From Planctomycetota bacterium (GTDB lineage: Bacteria; Planctomycetota; MHYJ01; JACQRL01; SBBU01), in the NCBI GenBank assembly GCA_016206485.1, contig JACQRL010000098.1, forward strand, positions 1 to 36,788: a DNA stretch of 36,788 nt, read 5' to 3'. Positions 1 through 7,065 of the stretch are shown in pieces. Both the position numbers and the translations under genes were made by a program. Each line of letters begins with the position of its first letter. Position 1 is the stretch's first letter. The notes beneath the pieces were generated by a model. That model saw nothing but the letters and a program-made list of their open reading frames with translations, was not told the DNA's origin and did not search any database.

Positions 1-699
1 AAGGTTTCTGAAGATGATCTTGCTGCAGTTGTTATTAAAAATCGGGCGAATGCGTTATTCAATGAAAATGGGTGTTACGGAGCGACATTATCAAATGAGG
101 ATATCGCTAATAGTTCTGTAGTAGCCAGTCCTATAAGAGTACTTGATATAGCGCATTATGCAGACACTGCCATGTGTTTGATACTTGCTGAAGAAAGTTT
201 TATAAAAGAAAAAAAGATAAAATCTCAGCCTGTATGGGTCAACGGCTTTGGTTTTTGTAATGGTTCGAATACCCTTGAATCCCGTGAGTGGGTTCAGCCG
301 AAGGAAGCGTCACTTGCCTCTCAAAAGGCGCTGAAAATGGCAGGCTTAAAAAATAAAGATATAGATTTTGTCGAAATCTCTGACACTTATTCATATAAGG
401 AACTGCAGCTGCTCGAGACAGCAGGATTCTGCAAGTTTGGTTCAGCTAAATCTGATCTGAAAAAAGGAAAATTTGACATAGGAGGAGCTCTCCCTGTCAA
501 TGCTTCAGGAGGAGAATTAGGAAATGGAACTCTTCTTGAGGCTACAGGTTTATTTAAAGTTACGGAGCTGGTGAAGCAATTAAGAGGACATGCAGGCAGA
601 AGACAGCTGCCTAAGAAAGTCAGCAACGGATTTGCTTTGGGGTGGAGAGATATTCCTACAACATCATACGCGGCGATTGTGATGGGAAATAAAAAATGA
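1..699 (+). CDS. Thiolase-fold (SCP2/archaeal-thiolase-like) protein, C-terminal part; 5-prime end lies outside the window
   Basis: Frame 1 is open from nt 1 to the TGA at 697-699, so the tracked ORF 172..699 is only the tail of a longer gene. It carries the C-terminal thiolase-fold signature 'VNASGGELGNGTLLEATG'. The positions that read HDCF and GHP in SCP2-type thiolases read SDTY and GNG here. Confidence 0.8.
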   Translation, partial: KVSEDDLAAVVIKNRANALFNENGCYGATLSNEDIANSSVVASPIRVLDIAHYADTAMCLILAEESFIKEKKIKSQPVWVNGFGFCNGSNTLESREWVQPKEASLASQKALKMAGLKNKDIDFVEISDTYSYKELQLLETAGFCKFGSAKSDLKKGKFDIGGALPVNASGGELGNGTLLEATGLFKVTELVKQLRGHAGRRQLPKKVSNGFALGWRDIPTTSYAAIVMGNKK

Positions 700-745
700 T
701 GGAAAAGAAGACAGAAGTCAGAACTCAGGAATCAGGTAGAGACAG

Positions 746-1915
746 ATGAAGGGAAAGGCTGCGATAGTTTCTGCCGGCATAACAAAATTTGTCAGAAGGG
801 CAAAGGAGACGCCTAAGGAACTTGCGTGGTATGCGGCGAAAATGGCGCTCGATAATGCAGGACTTTCTCTTGATGAAGTGGATGCAGTTATTCATGGAAC
901 AGCTCCTGACGCATTTGATGGAGTTCATCAGAAGGCGGAATATTTGAGTGATGCCTCCGGCGCATTCAATAAGCCTTATATAAGGTGCTACGTAGGTGGC
1001 GGCACAGGGGTCATGGCTCCGATTTATGGATGGTATTATGTCGCGTCAGGGATTTTTGATACTGTTTTGGTGGTTTGCGAAGAAAAAATGTCCAGCTGCA
1101 GACCTCATCCTCAGGCAGCGTTCCTCACAATTTTTGATCATACGACTGAGAGACCACTTGGTCCGAATTTGTTGTGGATTTTTGCGCTTGAAATGAACAG
1201 ATATATGCAGGTGAACAAAATCAAGCTTGAAGATATTGCCATGGTTTCTGTTAAAAATAAAAGTAATGCAAAGAATCATCCAAGCGCTTTGTTAGGTAGT
1301 GAAGTCACATTAAAAGACATAATGGAATCGGAAGTTCTCGCCTGGCCGGTTCACAGACTTATGGTTTCCCCAATTTCAGATGGAGCGGCGGCAATTATTA
1401 TAACGAATGAAGAAAAGGCGAAAAAAATCACGGACAAACCGGTTTGGATCCAGGGCGCAGGATGGTGTCTTGATACGGCGTTCTGGACGGGCAGAGACCT
1501 TTGTTACCCTCAGTATGTTGAATATGCTGCGAAGATGGCCTACAAAATGGCGGGAATCAAAAATCCCGCAAAGGAAATAAGTATTGCTGAACCATATGAT
1601 CCGTTTGCTTATAAAGAATTGCATCATCTCGAAGGTCTCCAGCTTGCGCCGAAAGGAAAGGCGGCCGAGCTTTTGATGGACGGACATTTCGATAAAAATG
1701 GGAATCTGCCATCTTCACCCTCAGGCGGATTATTAGGTGTTGGAAATCCGATCGCTGCGGCAGGGATGATGAAAGTATGCGAACTTTTCTGGCAGTTAAG
1801 ACATGAAGCCAGCGGGAGACAGGTGCCCGGAAATCCTAAACGAGGTGTTGCGCAGGCCTGGGGAGATCTCATGCAGGTGGGAACGGTGATTGTTACAGGA
1901 GTTGATAAACCATGA
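746..1915 (+). CDS. Thiolase-fold protein with substituted catalytic motifs (possibly non-thiolytic, aldolase-like or scaffolding subunit)
   Basis: 389-aa ORF with a purine-rich stretch before the ATG. Thiolase-fold layout is visible ('ASGIFDTVLVVCEEKMS', 'SPSGGLLGVGNPIAAAGM'). By manual alignment the nucleophile position reads GGGTG (no Cys), the HDCF-equivalent reads YDPF and the GHP-equivalent reads GNP. The stop overlaps the next start (ATGA at 1912-1915). Confidence 0.85.
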   Translation: MKGKAAIVSAGITKFVRRAKETPKELAWYAAKMALDNAGLSLDEVDAVIHGTAPDAFDGVHQKAEYLSDASGAFNKPYIRCYVGGGTGVMAPIYGWYYVASGIFDTVLVVCEEKMSSCRPHPQAAFLTIFDHTTERPLGPNLLWIFALEMNRYMQVNKIKLEDIAMVSVKNKSNAKNHPSALLGSEVTLKDIMESEVLAWPVHRLMVSPISDGAAAIIITNEEKAKKITDKPVWIQGAGWCLDTAFWTGRDLCYPQYVEYAAKMAYKMAGIKNPAKEISIAEPYDPFAYKELHHLEGLQLAPKGKAAELLMDGHFDKNGNLPSSPSGGLLGVGNPIAAAGMMKVCELFWQLRHEASGRQVPGNPKRGVAQAWGDLMQVGTVIVTGVDKP

Positions 1916-2397
1916 AAAACCTCAGAGGAACCGGTTTAAAAGAAAAAGATTTTGAAAGAGAATTCACGGTCTATTATAAACCTCAGCTTGAATATAGGTG
2001 GGATACCGGACTTGCGATCGGTAAATTTCTGGAAGGGCTCAGGGACGGAAAACTTTTTGGAAAAAAATGCAATAAGTGCAAAAGAATATTGTTCCCTCCC
2101 AGAGCATTTTGTGAAAGATGTTTTGTTGATACAGATGAGTGGATTGAAGTTAAAGATACAGGTACAATCAATACTTACTCTCTTTGCTACATTACCTGGG
2201 ATATGAAACAGCTTAAGGATCCTCAGATTCCCGCGGTCATCGAGATTGACGGGTCATCCGGAGGATTCCTCCATATTGCGAAGATTGATCCGAAACAAAT
2301 TAAAATCGGGATGAAGGTACAGGCAATATGGAAAAGGGCAGGGGAAAGAACCGGCTCGATCACAGACATAAAATACTTTGTTGCCGGAGAAGAATAA
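1912..2397 (+). CDS. DUF35-type Zn-ribbon / OB-fold protein (thiolase-associated)
   Basis: 161 aa with the four-Cys zinc ribbon 'CNKCKRILFPPRAFCERC' followed by an OB-fold-like C-terminus. Translationally coupled to the upstream thiolase-fold gene. Confidence 0.85.
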   Translation: MKNLRGTGLKEKDFEREFTVYYKPQLEYRWDTGLAIGKFLEGLRDGKLFGKKCNKCKRILFPPRAFCERCFVDTDEWIEVKDTGTINTYSLCYITWDMKQLKDPQIPAVIEIDGSSGGFLHIAKIDPKQIKIGMKVQAIWKRAGERTGSITDIKYFVAGEE

Positions 2398-2398
2398 G

Positions 2399-2851
2399 AT
2401 GAAGGAATTAAAAAATCACAACGATAAACTGACATTTTTTTCAGGGAATATTCCACTGGAAAGTCTTTATACGGTAGGTATCGCAGGGGATAAATTTTTC
2501 CAGTCGCTTAAAAATATAGGGGCTCTTCTCAGTTCTAAATGCAGTAGGTGTAATTACGTTTATGTTCCGTGCAGGCTATTCTGTGAAAGATGTTTTGATG
2601 AGTTGAAGGAATATAAGGAACTCGAGCCCGTTGGCGCTGTATACAGTTTTTCAGAGGTAAATATAGAAAGGGATGGCAGCCCGGTGAAAACTCCTGTACA
2701 GGCAGCGCTTATCAAGATCAATGGGGCAGACAGTCTATTTTATCACAGATTGAATGTCAAGAAGCCAAAGATCGGAATGAAAGTGAAGGCAGTTTTAGAA
2801 AAATACCGCAAGGGTTCGATCAATGACATTAGATACTTTGAAGAAATCTAA
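2399..2851 (+). CDS. Second DUF35-type Zn-ribbon / OB-fold protein
   Basis: Zinc ribbon 'CSRCNYVYVPCRLFCERC'. I prefer the ATG at 2399 (GGAGA 8 nt upstream) over the tracked upstream start at 2378, which overlaps the previous gene. Confidence 0.8.
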   Translation: MKELKNHNDKLTFFSGNIPLESLYTVGIAGDKFFQSLKNIGALLSSKCSRCNYVYVPCRLFCERCFDELKEYKELEPVGAVYSFSEVNIERDGSPVKTPVQAALIKINGADSLFYHRLNVKKPKIGMKVKAVLEKYRKGSINDIRYFEEI

Positions 2852-2880
2852 GCAGTCTGCCTAGTCTCAAAGATTATTTG

Positions 2881-2920
2881 ATAGTCTGATAGTCCAATGG
2901 TCTTATGGTCTGTTAGTCAG
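2881..2920 (+). repeat. Degenerate octanucleotide tandem repeat (5 units)
   Basis: ATAGTCTG ATAGTCCA ATGGTCTT ATGGTCTG TTAGTCAG; related AGTCT words occur at 2854 and 2863. Confidence 0.7.
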
Positions 2921-2934
2921 GATTGAGTTATATT

Positions 2935-3219
2935 CTATCGCATTAACATTGCTGCGAATGGGGCGGTGCCTGCCATCACAACAATTTTGCCAATAAATTC
3001 CAATGTGCTGGAGTATGAACGGGCAAACGGATCCCCCTGCATGCCTCTTACCGGAGCGTTTTGTTCACTCAATATTTTAGACTCCTGTTCAGTCAGCAAC
3101 TGAGATTTGCATAGAGAACTCTGCTGGCTTTCATTATTTGTCAGAATGACTCCCGGAAAAACAACATTCCCGGAGATAAGACAGATGAGACAGGCTAACA
3201 TGACTGTTCTACATTTCAT
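2935..3219 (-). CDS. Small secreted/membrane protein, unknown function
   Basis: 94 aa with the N-terminal signal-like segment 'MKCRTVMLACLICLISG'. A strong AGGAGG lies 7 nt upstream of the ATG (rc of 3227-3232). Confidence 0.5.
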   Translation of the reverse strand: MKCRTVMLACLICLISGNVVFPGVILTNNESQQSSLCKSQLLTEQESKILSEQNAPVRGMQGDPFARSYSSTLEFIGKIVVMAGTAPFAAMLMR

Positions 3220-3344
3220 AATTAATCCTCCTTAAAGTATATATATAGTAGACGGATAACTGACAAATTGAACTGCAATTTTGAAGTTTGATTCATAGAC
3301 ATATATTGTATCACAGATTTATGGATTAGAGAAGATTACACAGA

Positions 3345-3743
3345 TCAGTTCGCAATTCGCTTTATTTGAAGAGAAGCAGATCCGAAATTCAATATCAGCC
3401 CCACTCTCTTCCCACTCGCCTTTAGGTATGATAATAACTGCTTTTCAAACAACTCTATTATTTTGCTTCTGCTTTTAAGCTCTACTAACACCTCATTTTC
3501 TATGATGAAATCTACCCTATGAAACCCCAAAATAGTTTCATTATATTGTACACGTATTAAAGCTTGATTGGCAAATATTAACTGTTCGCTTTTGAACTCG
3601 CAGACTAATGCTTTTTCATATATTTTCTCAGAAAAACCTGGGCCAAGATGACTGTGTACCTTCATAGCAATACCTATTGTTTTGTGGGTGATAATATTTG
3701 TGTCTATAAAAGAATGTATGATTTTAAATCGGTGAGATCTCAA
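3345..3743 (-). CDS. GxxExxY family protein (PD-(D/E)XK-like; family often found in 23S rRNA intervening sequences)
   Basis: Carries 'HLGPGFSEKIYEKAL' (GxxExxY motif) plus 'VDFIIENEVLVELKS' and 'QLLSYLKASGKRVGLILNFG', all typical of the family. The only in-frame start is a TTG at 3743, so the start is uncertain. Confidence 0.75.
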   Translation of the reverse strand: MRSHRFKIIHSFIDTNIITHKTIGIAMKVHSHLGPGFSEKIYEKALVCEFKSEQLIFANQALIRVQYNETILGFHRVDFIIENEVLVELKSRSKIIELFEKQLLSYLKASGKRVGLILNFGSASLQIKRIAN

Positions 3744-3805
3744 TTTAATCTATGAAATCTGTGCTTATGTCAGTTCTAAAGTTATAATCTACTGGTTTTA
3801 AGTCT

Positions 3806-5980
3806 ATGAAATATGCAGATATATGCCTTCCTATACCTCAGAACCTGACATTCACTTATTCTGTTCCCACAAAATTTCTTTCATCTGCGCAGATTGGTCA
3901 GCGTGTTGTTGTTCCATTCAGGGAGAGGATCACAAGCGGCTTTATCGTGAACTTGAAAGATAAGTGTGATCTTAAGTATACAAAAGATGTCATAACTCTT
4001 ATTGATAAGAATCCTTTGTTGTCACCAACCATGCTGGAGCTTGCCAGATGGATTTCTCAGTATTATATTTCATCTCTGGGACAGACTCTTCAGTTTTTTG
4101 TTCCTCATTCAATAAGAAGAAAAATTAAAAGGAAGACGATTGATTTTTATTATATAGCTGACAAGAAGTTGGCGGAAGAATTGCTGTTAAAACTGCCAAA
4201 AAATAAACACAGACAAAAGCTGCTCATCAAAATATTACTGAATAGTAAAGATGCTGTTGATTTCAAACAGCTTAAAAGACTTTGCGCAGTAAACCGAGCA
4301 TCGCTGGATGCGCTTATAGATGATGGGATAATAAAAGTCGAAAGAAAAAGTCGAATAGAGGAGCTGCATAAGGTTTTCCGTAAAGTAGATGATTTTAAAC
4401 TTACTGAGGAGCAGGAGAGCGCGGTGGAAAAGGCATTGCAATCCAGAAAGTTGGTTTCGTTGCTTTTTGGAGTTACCGGTTCAGGCAAGACAGAGGTATA
4501 TGCGCGGATAGCCAAGCGCGTTGCAGGCAGCGGGAAGAGAAGCATAGTTCTTGTTCCTGAAATCGGTTTGACGCCTCAGCTGGTTTCATATTTTGAGAAC
4601 AGGTTTCCGGGAAAAGTCTCAGTGCTGCACAGTTATCTTACTCCTCTGGAAAAAAGTCTTGAATGGGAACGTATAGTTTCAGGAAAAGTTGATGTTGTCA
4701 TCGGGACAAGATCTGCAATTTTTGCGCCTGTAAAAGATCTCGGTTTTATCGCGATTGACGAGGAGCAGGATGCTTCATACAAAGAACATTCAAACCCTCA
4801 GTATAACGCAATTCAAGTGGCAATTAAACGTGCCGAGCTGGAAGGGGCAAAAGTAATGCTGGGATCTGCTACTCCCTCAGTCGAATCGTTTTATCTGGCT
4901 CAAAAAGGTGAGTATGAACTTATAACGCTTTCAAAAAAGGTTTACACTGTTCAGGAGCCGTTGATATCAGTCATCGATATGAAACAGGAAAGATTTAAAA
5001 GAGGGAGGTTTACTATCCTGAGCTCTTATTTACAGGAGCGTATTAAAGATGTGATTGAGCAGAAAAAACAGGCCCTGATTTTTGTGAACAGAAGAGGATA
5101 TTCCACAATATTATTTTGTTATAGATGTAAGTTTGGATACAGCTGTAAAAGTTGCGATACACCGCTTACATTTCATAAGGACTTGAACTCATTTTTGTGC
5201 CATTATTGTCTGAAAGAATATGAATCAATAAAGGCTTGTCCGAGATGCGGTTATCAAAAGCTGACAAGTCTTGGTGTCGGCACAGAGAAGGTTTTCGAAG
5301 AGGTTAAAAGGATTGTCAACTGCGAGGCTGCGAGAATGGACTCAGATACGATGAAGTCAAGAAGGGATTATATATCGCTGCTGCAGAATCTGTATGACGG
5401 AAAGGTCGACATGCTTGTCGGAACACAGATGGCGTGTAAAGGTTTGGATGTGGAAAAAATCGTGCTGGTCGGGATTGTTTATGCCGAGGCGAACCTTACC
5501 CTTCCTGATTTCAGAACTATTGAAAAAACATTTCAGCTGATACATCAGGCGGCGGGAAGGGCGGGCAGGAGAAATGAAAGGGCAGAGGTAATAATCCAAA
5601 CCGCGATGCCGAATCATTTCGTTATTGAGTTCGCAAGATCGAACAATTATTTGAAATTTTATGAGGTAGAAATCAAACACAGGCACGATTTTTTATATCC
5701 TCCGTTCAGCAGGCTGGTCAGGATTTTATCTGAGGATAAAAATGAGAGTTTGGCAGTCCAACGGATTGAAAAGGCAAAGGAATCACTAAGTAAAATTAAT
5801 GGAGTTGAAGTACTCGGTCCGGGAAAGCCTTTCTTTAAAAAATTGCAGGGAAGGTACAGGTATCACGTGCTTGTAAAAGTCAAAAGTGATGCTGATGATT
5901 TGCAGAAAGCTCTGCGCAGGATTACAGAAGAGCAGCATTTTAAATTGAGGGTGGATGTAGATCCGGTGTCGCTACTCTGA
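3806..5980 (+). CDS. priA: Primosomal protein N-prime, replication-restart helicase PriA
   Basis: 724 aa with Walker A 'GVTGSGKTEVY', a DEEQD box, the Cys-rich zinc-binding insert (CYRCKFGYSCKSCD...CHYC...CPRCG) and the C-terminal 'PPFSRL' region. Confidence 0.95.
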   Translation: MKYADICLPIPQNLTFTYSVPTKFLSSAQIGQRVVVPFRERITSGFIVNLKDKCDLKYTKDVITLIDKNPLLSPTMLELARWISQYYISSLGQTLQFFVPHSIRRKIKRKTIDFYYIADKKLAEELLLKLPKNKHRQKLLIKILLNSKDAVDFKQLKRLCAVNRASLDALIDDGIIKVERKSRIEELHKVFRKVDDFKLTEEQESAVEKALQSRKLVSLLFGVTGSGKTEVYARIAKRVAGSGKRSIVLVPEIGLTPQLVSYFENRFPGKVSVLHSYLTPLEKSLEWERIVSGKVDVVIGTRSAIFAPVKDLGFIAIDEEQDASYKEHSNPQYNAIQVAIKRAELEGAKVMLGSATPSVESFYLAQKGEYELITLSKKVYTVQEPLISVIDMKQERFKRGRFTILSSYLQERIKDVIEQKKQALIFVNRRGYSTILFCYRCKFGYSCKSCDTPLTFHKDLNSFLCHYCLKEYESIKACPRCGYQKLTSLGVGTEKVFEEVKRIVNCEAARMDSDTMKSRRDYISLLQNLYDGKVDMLVGTQMACKGLDVEKIVLVGIVYAEANLTLPDFRTIEKTFQLIHQAAGRAGRRNERAEVIIQTAMPNHFVIEFARSNNYLKFYEVEIKHRHDFLYPPFSRLVRILSEDKNESLAVQRIEKAKESLSKINGVEVLGPGKPFFKKLQGRYRYHVLVKVKSDADDLQKALRRITEEQHFKLRVDVDPVSLL

Positions 5981-5983
5981 GTC

Positions 5984-6018
5984 TTGGATCGTAGAATGTA
6001 GAACGTGGAGCGTAGATC
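5984..6018 (+). repeat. Degenerate heptanucleotide tandem repeat, GTAGAnC type
   Basis: TTGGATC GTAGAAT GTAGAAC GTGGAGC GTAGATC, starting 4 nt after the priA stop. Confidence 0.8.
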
Positions 6019-6109
6019 GAAATAACGAAAGGATATCGGCAGAAAGTATTTTTCAATAAAGTTCAATATTAATCTAAAGTATTTTTTGTCAGGTGTCGAT
6101 AAGGTCTAC

Positions 6110-6772
6110 ATGGAAACTGAAAGACTAAATTCATTGTCGGAGAGAGGTGGGCGTGATCTTTCTATACATAAGGATAGGGTTAGAGATCTCAGGCACAGAG
6201 CTGTTCGTAGAGGATTGCCCGACGATATCAGACACAGGCGCCTGCAGGAGGAAAGACCAAGGGTTAATCTGGATACGTTTAAGGATCTGTCTTTTGATGT
6301 CCAAAAGGAAGTGATTTCCAAGGCACCGAAGGATCTCAAAGTTGAGCTTTTCAAAAAACTGCCTAATGATCTGCAGATTGAGCTTTTCAGCAAGGTTCCA
6401 AAGGATGTAAAAATAGACCTTTTCAAGGAACTTCCAAAGGATATGAAGATTAATCTGCTAAAGCATGCCCCTGATGATGTTAAACTAAATATCTTTGAAA
6501 AGCTTCCTAATGACATACAAAGAGAGTTGTATAGTGAATTTGGCAATCTGCAAAAGGCGAAGTTTTTCAGGGCTCTTCCGGAAGATATGAGAGCTGCTGT
6601 TTTTAAGGAGCTCCCCAGGGATATACAACTAGACCTTTTTAATCGATTACCGAATGATTTGAAAGCGGGTCTTCTCAAACAATTACCACACGATTTGAAG
6701 GCAGATTTGCTGCAATCCCTCCCGGATGATACCAGACGGGAACTTGCTCACCTTGACAAACATCGCGATTAA
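6110..6772 (+). CDS. Tandem 12-residue 'LPxDxxxxLFxx' repeat protein (MgtE-N-like/ARM-like helical repeat), Arg-rich N-terminus
   Basis: The ATG at 6110 is preferred over the tracked TTG at 6086. Twelve consecutive 12-aa units run from 'KAPKDLKVELFK' to 'SLPDDTRRELAH'. Confidence 0.7.
   Translation: METERLNSLSERGGRDLSIHKDRVRDLRHRAVRRGLPDDIRHRRLQEERPRVNLDTFKDLSFDVQKEVISKAPKDLKVELFKKLPNDLQIELFSKVPKDVKIDLFKELPKDMKINLLKHAPDDVKLNIFEKLPNDIQRELYSEFGNLQKAKFFRALPEDMRAAVFKELPRDIQLDLFNRLPNDLKAGLLKQLPHDLKADLLQSLPDDTRRELAHLDKHRD
6320..6751 (+). repeat. 12 x 36-nt degenerate coding tandem repeat inside the repeat-protein gene
   Basis: The protein repeats (KLPNDLQIELFS / KVPKDVKIDLFK / ELPKDMKINLLK ...) are contiguous and in phase. 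They also explain the long antisense shadow ORF 6106..6678. Confidence 0.8.
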
Positions 6773-6808
6773 AAAGACTTAACTTACCTTATATCTAAAT
6801 AAGGCCAA

Positions 6809-6856
6809 AATAGCAGAGCGCGCTCTGATCAAGCGCCTCTGCTATTAACTTTTTTT
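6809..6856 (+). terminator. Rho-independent terminator candidate
   Basis: 10-bp stem AATAGCAGAG/CTCTGCTATT around a GC-rich interior, followed by a run of 7 T (6850-6856), 37 nt after the stop at 6772. Confidence 0.6.
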
Positions 6857-6945
6857 CCTCTATCTTACCCTACAGCAGCTTTTGTTTTCTAGAGGCTACT
6901 TCATCTGAATTGATCTGTTGATCTGCCAATTTTTCAACATATTTC

Positions 6946-6963
6946 TGTCAAATATAGTTGACA
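6946..6963. promoter_or_regulatory. Palindrome TGTCA-N8-TGACA, candidate enhancer-binding-protein site (UAS)
   Basis: TGTCAAATATAGTTGACA is centred about 57 nt upstream of the GG of the -24 element at 7012. The same TGTCA-N8-TGACA pattern occurs at 22433..22450, upstream of the other sigma-54 promoter. Confidence 0.45.
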
Positions 6964-7010
6964 CTTACCGTAAATCTACCGTTTCGTCTATTTATACTGC
7001 TGATATGATA

Positions 7011-7026
7011 TGGCATGGCATTTGCA
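7011..7026 (+). promoter_or_regulatory. Sigma-54 (-24/-12) promoter candidate
   Basis: TGGCAT-GGCAT-TTGCA has GG and GC exactly 12 nt apart, matching TGGCAC-N5-TTGCW. It lies 40 nt upstream of the ATG at 7066 (RBS GAGGTGA). Confidence 0.65.
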
Positions 7027-7065
7027 ATATATGGATATACAAAATGAATTTTAATGAGGTGAAGT

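Noticed and set aside
1952-2206. 84-aa ORF overlapping the first DUF35 gene in another frame
   Set aside because: It lies entirely within a gene that has clear Zn-ribbon motifs, and it has no motifs or RBS of its own.
6106-6678. 190-aa ORF on the minus strand
   Set aside because: It is fully antisense to the 12-residue repeat gene. Its openness is explained by the periodic codon pattern of that gene, and its product is low-complexity S/L/R-rich. It is a shadow ORF.
6958-6963. TTGACA as a sigma-70 -35 box for the 7066 gene
   Set aside because: No acceptable -10 hexamer lies at 16-18 nt spacing. The hexamer is better explained as the right arm of the TGTCA-N8-TGACA palindrome.
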